Below are positions 12,181-22,061 of a stretch of DNA of 64,000 nucleotides, in pieces (positions within the stretch are counted from its first letter, which is position 1; each line of letters begins with the position of its first letter). Under the pieces are notes generated by a model. It was not told where the DNA came from. It made no database searches and worked only from the letters and a program-made list of their open reading frames with translations. The position numbers and the translations under genes were made by a program. Where the stretch lies: positions 310,001-374,000 of the forward strand of contig PPNB01000003.1 in NCBI GenBank assembly GCA_003707115.1. The letters are read 5' to 3'. Source of the DNA: Tortispora ganteri (lineage: Eukaryota).

Positions 12181-12252
12181 GCTCACAGGGCGCGGTGGCT
12201 GCGCATGAGATTGCAGATCTCCAGGCCGTCGGTTCGAATCCGGCTGTGAGCT
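12181..12252 (+). tRNA. tRNA-Cys(GCA), intronless, with non-canonical G8/G14/U21
   Basis: Cloverleaf: acceptor GCTCACA/TGTGAGC, D stem GCGC/GCGC, anticodon GCA at 12213-12215, T loop TTCGAAT, discriminator T, followed by an oligo-T terminator. Confidence 0.9.
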
Positions 12253-12755
12253 TTAATTTTTATTTTAATTTTTTGGCTTTTAACTTCCTTGACGAGACCG
12301 TTTAATCCTTTGGCGCAGCCGGCTAACACGTAACTAATCGAAACTATCCGTGCTTCTTAAAATATATTCTTCATACTTGATTGCTTTTTATTTATGTTAT
12401 TAATTAACTAGAAAAGCGCTTGTATACGCTTAAAGAGCGTTATTGAACAATGAGATCTAAATCGGCTAATGTGTGGAGAAACCGGAGATCTTCCCAGCGG
12501 GTAGTTAGCCGTATGATTTGTATAGCCGAAATATGAGGTTATATATATTTAACCCTCGACTTCGTTTCTCACCAATACTTCGTATATATTATCTAGAATC
12601 TAGAATCCGGGAGAAACTTAGTTGTTTGAACTTTTATTTAGCTTCTTCTAGAAGAATTCGCCGCCGTCAGTTCTACGTGTAATATCTAGTTCACAAAAAG
12701 TAATTATTTGAAGGCAGAATCTCCTAAATATTGGTTCCTATAAAAAAATATCATT

Positions 12756-14462
12756 ATGCTAAGAAATATTGCTGGTACTAAGAGTGTGAAAGCAGTAATG
12801 TCTGGCTCTAAAGGCATAACCACACTATCACGATTCCCCTATCCGACGCTTGATGATGAGGAGAAGTTCTTGGCCGAGCAAGTGGCCGAGATTGAAAAGT
12901 GGTGGGCAAGTGACCGATTTAAGGATATCAGACGCCCTTATGATGCGCAGACAGTAGCCTCGCTTCGAGGCACTTTACCACAATCCTATCCTTCTAGTGT
13001 GCAGGCCGATAAGCTATTCAATTTATTCAAAGCTCGATTTGACGCCAAACAGCCTGTTCACACTATGGGCGTTGTTGACCCTGCTCAAATGACGCAACAG
13101 GCCCCCAACCAGGAAGTAGTCTATATTTCTGGATGGGCCTGCTCATCCCTCTTAACTACGACGAACGAAGTCAGTCCGGACTTTGGTGACTACCCTTACG
13201 ACACTGTACCCAACCAGGTAGAGCGCATATTTAAGGCCCAGGATCTGCACGATCGTCGCTCGTGGGAAGAATGGATGTCGTTCTCTCGCGAAGAACGTGA
13301 AAAACGTACAAGCGAAGGGCGAGGACGCACAGATTATCTTCGCCCTATTATCGCTGATGCGGATACGGGACACGGTGGACTGACTGCTGTAATGAAGCTA
13401 GCCAAACTTTTTGCCGAACGCGGAGCTGCAGCTATTCACATGGAAGATCAGCTTCATGGCGGTAAAAAGTGTGGACACTTGGCTGGAAAAGTTGTTGTAC
13501 CTGTTTCAACCCATATTTCTCGATTGAATGCTGCGCGCATGCAGTGGGATATCATGGGCACTTCTAACTTACTGATTGCTCGCACAGATTCACAATCAGC
13601 CAAGCTTCTCTCATCGAGTGTTGATCCCGCCGATCACAAATACATACTTGGTGTGACGGATCCGTCAATCAAACCATTGGCTGAAGAACTGCTTGTTGCT
13701 TCGTCGAAGGGCGCCACGGCCGCGCAAATGTCGGCTGTTGAGGCTAAATGGACGGATGCAGTAAAACTTGTGACGTTCGAGGAAGCTGTGGCTGCCGAAT
13801 TAGAGAAGGAAGGTCGCGGTGCTGAGATTTCTGCTTTCAAAGCTGCTACTGAAGGATGTGTTCCGCTCACGGCTATGCGCGAGGAAGCTGCTAAAGTTGT
13901 CGGCCGCGAAGTTTTCTTCGATTGGGACGCTGCAAAGACAATTGAGGGACATTACCAAGTACGTGGAGGCATGGAGCCTGCTGTGGCTAGATCCATTGCG
14001 TTTGCGCCGTATGCTGATATGCTTTGGATTGAGACGGCTACGCCTGATATTTCTGAAGCCAAGGCGTTTGCTGAGAAGATTCATGCTAAATATCCTGGCA
14101 AGTGGTTAGTTTACAACCTGTCGCCGTCGTTCAACTGGTCTGCGCACGGATTTTCGGAGCAAGACTTGAAAGACTACGTATGGGAACTTGGCAAGCTTGG
14201 CTACGTTCTACAGCTTATTTCCCTTGCTGGTCTGCACTCGAATGCCGTGATGACGCACAAACTTTCTCAAGCATACAAGACCGATGGTATGTTGGCCTAC
14301 ACCAACATGGTACAGCTCGTTGAGCGCGAGACCAAGTGTGATGTCCTAACGCACCAAAAATGGTCTGGAGCCAACTATGTAGACAAAATCGTTCAGGCCG
14401 TACAGGGTGGTTCATCTGCCACCGCATCTACCGGCAAGGATTCGACTGAAAATCAATTTTAG
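12756..14462 (+). CDS. ICL2: Mitochondrial 2-methylisocitrate lyase (ICL family)
   Basis: [10 protein letters not shown] active-site loop, [35 protein letters not shown]; basic N-terminal presequence. Confidence 0.9.
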   Translation: MLRNIAGTKSVKAVMSGSKGITTLSRFPYPTLDDEEKFLAEQVAEIEKWWASDRFKDIRRPYDAQTVASLRGTLPQSYPSSVQADKLFNLFKARFDAKQPVHTMGVVDPAQMTQQAPNQEVVYISGWACSSLLTTTNEVSPDFGDYPYDTVPNQVERIFKAQDLHDRRSWEEWMSFSREEREKRTSEGRGRTDYLRPIIADADTGHGGLTAVMKLAKLFAERGAAAIHMEDQLHGGKKCGHLAGKVVVPVSTHISRLNAARMQWDIMGTSNLLIARTDSQSAKLLSSSVDPADHKYILGVTDPSIKPLAEELLVASSKGATAAQMSAVEAKWTDAVKLVTFEEAVAAELEKEGRGAEISAFKAATEGCVPLTAMREEAAKVVGREVFFDWDAAKTIEGHYQVRGGMEPAVARSIAFAPYADMLWIETATPDISEAKAFAEKIHAKYPGKWLVYNLSPSFNWSAHGFSEQDLKDYVWELGKLGYVLQLISLAGLHSNAVMTHKLSQAYKTDGMLAYTNMVQLVERETKCDVLTHQKWSGANYVDKIVQAVQGGSSATASTGKDSTENQF

Positions 14463-14597
14463 AGTAATAAAATTGATTAGAAGTAAAATAAAATATATAA
14501 AAAAAAAAATCTATAACCAACCAGCCAACCAACTCACCAACATGCACAACACCCCCCAAACACTACAAATACTCCCCAGACACCTACCGCGTCTATT

Positions 14598-17552
14598 ATG
14601 GGTAAACGCACCGCGTCAAGTTGCTCTACCAATGTAAAACGGCGCAAATTTTGCAAAACCAGAATCAAAAATACTCACAGAAATCTGCTAAATAGTTATC
14701 CTTATAGACAAACGCTGGGTGTCCTTATACATAACACGTTTGGCGATCCTGACGCGATTGTATGGAATATCGTGAATCAATACGAGGTGTATTACAATGA
14801 ACCTTTTAACCCAGAAAAACTCTCTACAATAAATTTTTCAGGCACTGCAAATATCACTGAGATTCTTAGCAAAGCAGTAGATTATTGTGTTTGCACCAAT
14901 CAGAATAACATACTCTCCGTGTCGTTCTCATTCAGTCAACTGCACACGAGTCGACTTAAACAAACTTGGGAACCTGTACACATTAAAACTATTCGTGAAG
15001 AATTCAATTTTCTAATAAAAGCTTCTTCGCCTTTATTTGTTTACTGGTTGCTGACACGAACTGCTGTGATCCGCAGAGTGCAATCTGACAATTATATACA
15101 CATATGTGGGCCCCGTCTTACCTCTTCATTTTCTGCGAAACGTAATGCGATCTCCGCTAAACCAGCACCTATTTCTTTCTCGCAGACTGATCTCTTGAAC
15201 AGTCATTACTCTCCTTTAAATCCGAAGGTCGGTCCAAAAACGGAACCTATAAAAGAAAACTACTCCACACTTCTCCATCGCTCATTGTCTATCAACTACA
15301 GTGACCCTTCAGATCTCTTGGATCTTATTAAATTTGTGTTTCCAAAGGAAGTCTGCTTCTCGAGAGGGAAAAGTTCATCTTTCTCTGGAATCATCATACC
15401 ACCGCTAAAAACTTCGCAGTTTCCTCCAGAAATGCCGTCGCCTGAGAAACTTACCGACCGTATAAACAACTGCATCATTCCATTGCTGCAGCAGATATGC
15501 ATTAGGTACAAACGTACCAGATTTTATATGATCTTCAGGTATCATATGTGGGAAACGTGGCGTCAGAGAGGTATAGAGAGTGGCCAGATGAGAATTATTC
15601 CTGCAGAGTCTGTTTATCTCTTCGTTAAAGCATGCACAAAAGCTCTTTTTCCTTTTAGAACATTTGGATCAGACCATAATTGGTCTATTATGTTTTGTAA
15701 AATGAGAAAATTCATCTACTCACGCCCCATTTTCTCTTTTAAACTTCATGAAATAATGAAAGACATCCGCGTTACTGACATCTCATGGCTGGGAAATCCA
15801 ACTACATCAAAATTATCACTGCACGAATATGAAAAACGCCAAAGTATACTCTCTGAATTTATGTGCTGGTTCTTTCACATCTATTTATGTCAGGTTATAA
15901 GGGGCTACTTCCATGTTGCGTATTCTCGATCTTCTGAACATTTGCAATATTTTTTCCATGAAGATTGGGCGAGTACGTCCAACTCCCTTGTGAAAAATCA
16001 CTGCTCTGATCTGCTCACATCTACCAATATTGCTGGAAATAATGCATATACTAATATACTCTTCTCGGGCAAAAGTAATCCATCTCTTCGCCTCCCTTTT
16101 GGCCGTTTACGATTCGTCCCTAAAAACAACGGAACGGGTCTCAGAATGCTTGTTCCCGCTCTATCTGTACCTAAAGGAGACTATAAATCTGATCTGTATA
16201 AGTACAAAGAGTGCATATTTTTATTGCAGCGCATCCTCATACACGAATTTAAAACCAGTAACACATCTGTCACTGAACGGTTCGGGGCAGTGGCAGACTG
16301 CTGGCGATGTCTTCATAACTTTAAAGTCTCTTCTCCGAGTACCGAATATTATATGGTGGCTATGGATGCAAAGGATTGCTTCAACTCTCTTCCATTACCT
16401 TTAGTGGATTCTCTGCTGACTAGCTTACTTCGTAGCGAGAGCTATGATGTTTATAAATATCACGAGGTCCTTACTAATGAGTTCAGAACTGCTTTGAAGG
16501 TTTTGCATTCCGTTCTTCCTCGTATAGGCGCTAATACTGACGACTCTACAGAAGCCTTACTGTCTGAGTCGTCGTCAAATAGTGCCTCGGCTTCATACAA
16601 GCCTTTGCATAGAACTAACCGCATTTTGAGTCAGTTCGGTATTGCGAAAAATCCTCTAAAGGGCACCTCTGCCGATTTTGAATTGATAACAAGAGATTTT
16701 CTTGCGGCTATAATACATGCTCAGCTATACCAGAATAATGTATTGCATCGGAAACAATCTTACAGGTTTAAGCAAGGAGTACCTCAGGGATCTTCTCTTT
16801 CGGTTATATGCTGCAATGTATTGTATGCTGCCCTTGAACATGAATGGCTGGCTGATTTCATTCGTAACCCGAATGCCAAACTTATTCGCTACATTGATGA
16901 TATCCTATTTGTCACTACTGAAAAAGAGGTAGCTGAAGCATTTGTAGCTCGAGTTGAAGCTGGAAATGAAAAGTATAATTTTTACGTTAACTCAGATAAA
17001 ACAAAGCTCAATTTCTCAGATCTAGGTATCTTGGACAATGTTGGCATTTCCTTTCTAGGTCATACAATTGATTCTAAGACCCTAACTCCAACTCCGCGTG
17101 AGTTTAATTATTCTGGATATAATACTGGGCTGTTTCCGCTCAGTTTTGGTAATTGTCTCTATGAAGTTTTCTTGAAAACTAGAATATCGATTCTCAGTCT
17201 ACTTCAGACTGCGTTTGCCATTACATCATCTCAAAACTTCCTTTCTTTCTCATTATATTTGCGCAATTCATTTATATCACAAGGCTGGAAGTTGTTCTGC
17301 ACGTTAGAAAAGATACAGCCATATCCAGGAATGCTTAGCCTAGTAGCGCACTTTCGCAAACTCATTCTGCGCGTTTGCATGTATATACTTGGTCGCTCGA
17401 CGAACAGCTATAAGCTGGAAAGCTTAAGAAAGATTTGCATATTTGGTTTATTCAAAGCTATTGATGGGCCTCCTGGACGCATGGATACTTCAGTTTCGCG
17501 AAAATGCCTTTCTGGTGCGAAGACTTTGCGACGAGCAATTTCTCGAATATGA
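14598..17552 (+). CDS. EST2: Telomerase reverse transcriptase (TERT), divergent
   Basis: QFP-like (FPFRTFGSDHN), T region, motif 1 FGRLRFVPK, motif A MDAKDCF, B' GVPQGSSLS, C LIRYIDDILFVT, D VNSDKT, E SFLG; 984 aa, basic. Confidence 0.9.
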   Translation: MGKRTASSCSTNVKRRKFCKTRIKNTHRNLLNSYPYRQTLGVLIHNTFGDPDAIVWNIVNQYEVYYNEPFNPEKLSTINFSGTANITEILSKAVDYCVCTNQNNILSVSFSFSQLHTSRLKQTWEPVHIKTIREEFNFLIKASSPLFVYWLLTRTAVIRRVQSDNYIHICGPRLTSSFSAKRNAISAKPAPISFSQTDLLNSHYSPLNPKVGPKTEPIKENYSTLLHRSLSINYSDPSDLLDLIKFVFPKEVCFSRGKSSSFSGIIIPPLKTSQFPPEMPSPEKLTDRINNCIIPLLQQICIRYKRTRFYMIFRYHMWETWRQRGIESGQMRIIPAESVYLFVKACTKALFPFRTFGSDHNWSIMFCKMRKFIYSRPIFSFKLHEIMKDIRVTDISWLGNPTTSKLSLHEYEKRQSILSEFMCWFFHIYLCQVIRGYFHVAYSRSSEHLQYFFHEDWASTSNSLVKNHCSDLLTSTNIAGNNAYTNILFSGKSNPSLRLPFGRLRFVPKNNGTGLRMLVPALSVPKGDYKSDLYKYKECIFLLQRILIHEFKTSNTSVTERFGAVADCWRCLHNFKVSSPSTEYYMVAMDAKDCFNSLPLPLVDSLLTSLLRSESYDVYKYHEVLTNEFRTALKVLHSVLPRIGANTDDSTEALLSESSSNSASASYKPLHRTNRILSQFGIAKNPLKGTSADFELITRDFLAAIIHAQLYQNNVLHRKQSYRFKQGVPQGSSLSVICCNVLYAALEHEWLADFIRNPNAKLIRYIDDILFVTTEKEVAEAFVARVEAGNEKYNFYVNSDKTKLNFSDLGILDNVGISFLGHTIDSKTLTPTPREFNYSGYNTGLFPLSFGNCLYEVFLKTRISILSLLQTAFAITSSQNFLSFSLYLRNSFISQGWKLFCTLEKIQPYPGMLSLVAHFRKLILRVCMYILGRSTNSYKLESLRKICIFGLFKAIDGPPGRMDTSVSRKCLSGAKTLRRAISRI

Positions 17553-17915
17553 ACCCATCTATTATCGTTCGTGTGAACGGATCGCTGGACGAACAATATT
17601 TATTCTACAAAAGTTTGTGTAAAATGTGGCTTTTACTTGAGTTTTCTGCTTTTTTTTTTTTTGGTTTATTTTGGTCTTGGCATTGTTTGATAATTGTTTT
17701 AAGAATACGAAATGAATATGCCAATGCGCAATTTCAAGGGTCTTGCGCATTGCCTTTATGAACTGATATTCTCCAATTTGATTGAATATCCCAGAAAATT
17801 TTGATCTTGTTTTTTTGTCATTTTTATCAAGGAATTCTCTTACTAAATTGTATTTTGTGGGTATTATCTTATCTACAGATCTTCTACTCTTGAACCGTGA
17901 TCGCATAACCTTCCT

Positions 17916-19328
17916 ATGACGTTGTTCGGACTATTTAATGAAGGCATAGCAAAGGCACACAATATTAACATTTTTCGCCTTTTGTTAATATGTTCTCTGC
18001 TATTCTCTTCTGTAACTGAAACTGTGGAGATCGATACTGGCTCTGTCGTCTCCATAAAAAACATCTCCAGTGCTATTGCATCTAGCATTATGGCGTTTTA
18101 TCCTCCTTATAAGGGTATTGATGCTGCAATCGGAGTGTTTCCGCGGCCCCATTATTGGTGGCAAGCCGGTGCCGTTTGGGGTGCTATGATTGACTACTGG
18201 GCGTTCATCGGTGATGATAGATACAATGAGTTGATCTCAGAGGCTCTTTTGTCTCAGACTGGACCATACAACAACTATATGCCACCTGCAATGTTTGCGG
18301 AGCTAGGTAATGACGATCAAGCCTTCTGGGGATTTGCAGTGCTTGAAGCGGCCGAAAGAAAATTCCCTGATCCTCCTTCGTCTGGGCCACAATGGCTGGA
18401 ACTTGGGCAAGCGGTATTTAACACTATGGCTATTGAATGGGACGATGCGACGTGCAATGGTGGGATTCGTTGGCAAAAATTTGCATTTAATAACGGATAT
18501 AGTTATAAAAATACAGTGTCAAATGGTGGTTTTTTTCTGATTGGGGCCCGTTTAGCTCGATACACTAAGAATGAAACATATGCGGAATGGGCAACAAGGA
18601 CGTGGGATTGGACTGTCGAAGCAGGTCTGCTGGACAGCAATACGTATGCAGTCTATGATGGACTTCATATTGGCGATGGAATGTGCAATGACTTTGATCA
18701 CTTGCAATGGACATATAATATAGGGTCTTATATGGCTGGTGCTGCGTACATGTATAGTTTCACTACATCGCCTGTATGGAAAGAAAGAGCTCAAAGATTA
18801 TTTGAGCATGTTAAACAAACATTCTTCTCTGATGGTATTATGTTTGAGGCTGCCTGTGAAACGGTTGGAACGTGTTCGACAGACTCACGTTCCTTTAAAG
18901 CGTATCTGTGCCGATACCTTGGAATGACAGCTGATTTAGTTCCCGAACTGCGCGCAGAGATTCAATCTCTTATGCGAACTAATGCGGGTGCCGTGGCTAG
19001 GTCATGCGTTGAAGGATCTAATGGTTTAGAGTGTGGCCAAAAATGGACTATGCAAGCATTCGATGGAGTTACTAGTCTCGGTGAATGTCAATGCGCTCTT
19101 GAAGCCGTTGTAAATACGGCTAGATTTGTGGACAGTGGTGTGGGTCTGCCAGCTGATATTAAGACCGGCACATCTCAAGGAAATCCTGCCGCTGGACTCA
19201 GCAAAGGGGCAGAGGCGGACTGGTCTATGAGAAACTCGACTAGGGGTGATAAAGCATTCGCTTGGATTTTATCTATCAGTGTGATTGCATGCTTAACTGT
19301 TTCAACATGGTGGTTGTTAACAGGCTAA
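17916..19328 (+). CDS. GH76 mannan endo-1,6-alpha-mannosidase (Dcw1/Dfg5 family), GPI-anchored
   Basis: YWWQAG, GNDDQAFW catalytic DD, CNGGIRWQ, YKNTVSNG, SFKAYL; hydrophobic N- and C-termini. Confidence 0.95.
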   Translation: MTLFGLFNEGIAKAHNINIFRLLLICSLLFSSVTETVEIDTGSVVSIKNISSAIASSIMAFYPPYKGIDAAIGVFPRPHYWWQAGAVWGAMIDYWAFIGDDRYNELISEALLSQTGPYNNYMPPAMFAELGNDDQAFWGFAVLEAAERKFPDPPSSGPQWLELGQAVFNTMAIEWDDATCNGGIRWQKFAFNNGYSYKNTVSNGGFFLIGARLARYTKNETYAEWATRTWDWTVEAGLLDSNTYAVYDGLHIGDGMCNDFDHLQWTYNIGSYMAGAAYMYSFTTSPVWKERAQRLFEHVKQTFFSDGIMFEAACETVGTCSTDSRSFKAYLCRYLGMTADLVPELRAEIQSLMRTNAGAVARSCVEGSNGLECGQKWTMQAFDGVTSLGECQCALEAVVNTARFVDSGVGLPADIKTGTSQGNPAAGLSKGAEADWSMRNSTRGDKAFAWILSISVIACLTVSTWWLLTG

Positions 19329-19414
19329 TGCATTTAAGTCGATAAAAATATATGCATTTTGATGAGTTAAAGCTTGTCATTCATTTCCAATGACGTTTAA
19401 TTGTTTCCTACAGC

Positions 19415-21775
19415 TCATGGTAACTTTGAAGCACGAGTGGCCCTCATGCAAGGAACAGTGTACTTTGGCCCCGGACGGCGCAGTGACTCCAAAGCAATCA
19501 GCTGCGCAAAATCTCTGTTGCTCCAATACGAAAAATGAGCGCTTAGCATACTAATGTAATGGCTCTCGAGTGTGCTTGGATAAATGGTATAGTCGATCTG
19601 ACCATTTTCATTCAAGTTCATCATTCGCTTTTCAGCCACGGTTTCACGCAAAAAATCTCTGGTGTCAAGCTCCACTTCTTTGGGAAGAGCTTTGGGGTCC
19701 AGTGATATCTCAGAACTGAGAGGAGCCACTCCGTCACTGCTCTGTGCGTGGAAGGACTCTGTGCGCTTTGACTTCTTAGTAGTGATAAAAGTGGCCAGAA
19801 ATCCCGAGCTTGTTGGAGGGTCTTTACCTTTGCCTTCGGTAATGTAGGCCTCGTACGATTCGGCGGTAGTTAGCATGCTTCCAGGTAAAGCTGCCGGCGT
19901 TATCTGGCTCGCCAACATTGTATCAACACATGGGTTCAGTTTGTATGCAATCGGGTCGCACAAATGCATTATGTTGTATAGATTATCAACAAGTGGACAT
20001 CCATATTCTCCTACTTTGTCCGAAGCAACTGTTAAGTCTTTTTCGTCTTTCCGCAGCCTGCTTCTTCTCGGTATTAACGTCTTGCGGTTAAGCAGAAAAA
20101 ACAAGGCAACTGGAGACCCCACGCAAAAGAAATTGCGCACAGGGAACCGCAGGAAAGCTGATATATCAGCTTCGGAACTGTCTATAGAATATTCAGGATT
20201 GTCTGGCTGACGACATAGTATATCCAAAGTCATTATAGAACCCAGACTATGGCCTATGAGGCTAACTTGCCCGTAACTCTCGAAGCCTGGATTGTTAACG
20301 CACCACTCACCGTAGATGCGATTGAGCTCTTCAGTTAAACATTGTAGCAGGGTTTCTTTATGGTGGCTCAAATAATATGGTATGTCCAATACCACGTCTG
20401 TCACGAGAGACCTCACCGATGGGATAGATTCGATGGTTATATCTTGAACATTTACCTCGCGGCGTTGCACGATGTTCATTTCATCTGTATCATCTATTAC
20501 TGCAGCACTTGAAAGAGACATCGGATAAGTTCCTGTATTCTTTGTTGTTGAACCTATAGAAGAGTTAGAAGACAAAATATTCTTCTTATTAGTCGCTGTA
20601 GGCATAGATCTGAACGGGTCATCTTCGGGTTTTATTCTTCGACGCCAGTTCACGGGCAGCACCATTAGCCTGTTTCTACCTTTCGTGTTCGGAAGAACAT
20701 TGTTACTAAGAACTTGATTATTAACCAATTGCCTTAGACGGCTGGTAGCATAAGTAAACGAAGACTGTTCGTTCTTTTCACTACGCTTTTGTCCTATTCC
20801 ATGGATAACAAGAACAAGCTGTGTGACCTTGCGGTTACGGAGTTCTTCATTGAGGATTGCGGTCGGAGGTTTACCGTGCTTATCTATCCACAGATCATAG
20901 TTAAAGTATCTTTGTATAGGCGTACCATTTGACTTACCTGCAAGCATTGCAGCTAATGGAGTTGAGCGAGAGAACAGCGAAGAAGGATTAAGAGTCGATT
21001 CGGTGTAAATGTACCCTTTCTTTATGGTTTCCTTATGTAAATGGTTAGACAAAGTTATTGCCTGAGTTTCGGGCTCAAACAATACGTATTTTGATTTATC
21101 CAGAGGATATCTGAGTTTGGATTCAGCTTCTATTCCATACTTTAAAGCTGTCTCACATTCTATGGCATAAACCTCGTTCCATGGTTCGATATCATGATAA
21201 GCATTGTTCAACGCTGACTCCAAAGGTTCCAAGACTGGTTGTAGTGAGTTTGAGTATACCCATGTGGTTCGAATGACTACTGCGGCATCGCCAACTAAAG
21301 GAGTCCAGTATACGGGGCTCATTACCATGGTGGAGACGTCAACCTGATAAACCTTGTCAATGCCTACTAGTACCGAGACATTCTGAGTTGATGCATGCTT
21401 GGATGAGTCAGGCATTGATTTTGAAGCAATATGTTTCTGGTAGGCCTTTTCTAACGCTGCATTGTCTTCGGAATCAAAAGGCTTCCATTTGGGGCAGTCT
21501 TGAATGGCGGCTTCTACTATAGGTTTGAGCTCTATAGCAGACAGGTTGCTGTTCAGCGCTGATGTTATGTTTTCTGTGTGCGGATTGATATATGAGTTAT
21601 TAGGATTGATGAGTTCTGGAGGGCCAGTAGGGTCGTCTAGCGGGTATAATGAGTTGTGGAAAAACCATGGCTGCTGTGGTGGAGCGACAGACTGCAATTT
21701 TCCCCTAGCTTTATCGGCTAGAACTGCGCGTTTATCATTAACAGAAGGTGCTGGAGTTCCTAGAGTACGACTCAT
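19415..21775 (-). CDS. DDL1: DDHD-domain phospholipase A1 (Ddl1-like)
   Basis: LVIHGIGQ, LPVNWR, GHSLGS lipase motif, FFCVGSP, DPIAY, SAHFSYW. Confidence 0.88.
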   Translation of the reverse strand: MSRTLGTPAPSVNDKRAVLADKARGKLQSVAPPQQPWFFHNSLYPLDDPTGPPELINPNNSYINPHTENITSALNSNLSAIELKPIVEAAIQDCPKWKPFDSEDNAALEKAYQKHIASKSMPDSSKHASTQNVSVLVGIDKVYQVDVSTMVMSPVYWTPLVGDAAVVIRTTWVYSNSLQPVLEPLESALNNAYHDIEPWNEVYAIECETALKYGIEAESKLRYPLDKSKYVLFEPETQAITLSNHLHKETIKKGYIYTESTLNPSSLFSRSTPLAAMLAGKSNGTPIQRYFNYDLWIDKHGKPPTAILNEELRNRKVTQLVLVIHGIGQKRSEKNEQSSFTYATSRLRQLVNNQVLSNNVLPNTKGRNRLMVLPVNWRRRIKPEDDPFRSMPTATNKKNILSSNSSIGSTTKNTGTYPMSLSSAAVIDDTDEMNIVQRREVNVQDITIESIPSVRSLVTDVVLDIPYYLSHHKETLLQCLTEELNRIYGEWCVNNPGFESYGQVSLIGHSLGSIMTLDILCRQPDNPEYSIDSSEADISAFLRFPVRNFFCVGSPVALFFLLNRKTLIPRRSRLRKDEKDLTVASDKVGEYGCPLVDNLYNIMHLCDPIAYKLNPCVDTMLASQITPAALPGSMLTTAESYEAYITEGKGKDPPTSSGFLATFITTKKSKRTESFHAQSSDGVAPLSSEISLDPKALPKEVELDTRDFLRETVAEKRMMNLNENGQIDYTIYPSTLESHYISMLSAHFSYWSNRDFAQLIALESLRRPGPKYTVPCMRATRASKLP

Positions 21776-22061
21776 TTTTGGAAAATCATTGCAAAGCCCG
21801 TATATATGATCTGTTATAATGTCTCAGGCGTGTGCAAGGAAAAGGGTGATTGGGCAAATGCAAGTAATAAGTGTATGTGCTGACAAACAAAAAGAAGAAG
21901 AAAAAAGATTTAAAGAAATAAAAACAGCAAATTAAATGTCTGTATTGCAATTAGTCTAATAATTATCTATCAAAGAAAGAGCTATAGGCCGCTCGTGAGT
22001 AGAGGCGAGGAGTTTCAATGAAAATGTGGTGTATGTGGAAGGGCGCCGCTGCCATCGCCGT

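Noticed and set aside
13380..13382. Alternative yeast genetic code (CUG-Ser/Ala)
   Set aside because: CTG falls at the conserved Leu of HGGLTAVMK, consistent with the standard code
14598..17552. RT as a retroelement, Penelope or group II intron enzyme partnering the gag at 40-41 kb
   Set aside because: Domain order and size fit TERT; no endonuclease, RNaseH or integrase; it sits among housekeeping genes 23 kb away
17562..17906. 114-aa Lys-rich ORF between TERT and the GH76 gene
   Set aside because: Arises from T-rich terminator/promoter sequence read antisense; no recognisable motif; its ATG lies 10 bp from the GH76 start
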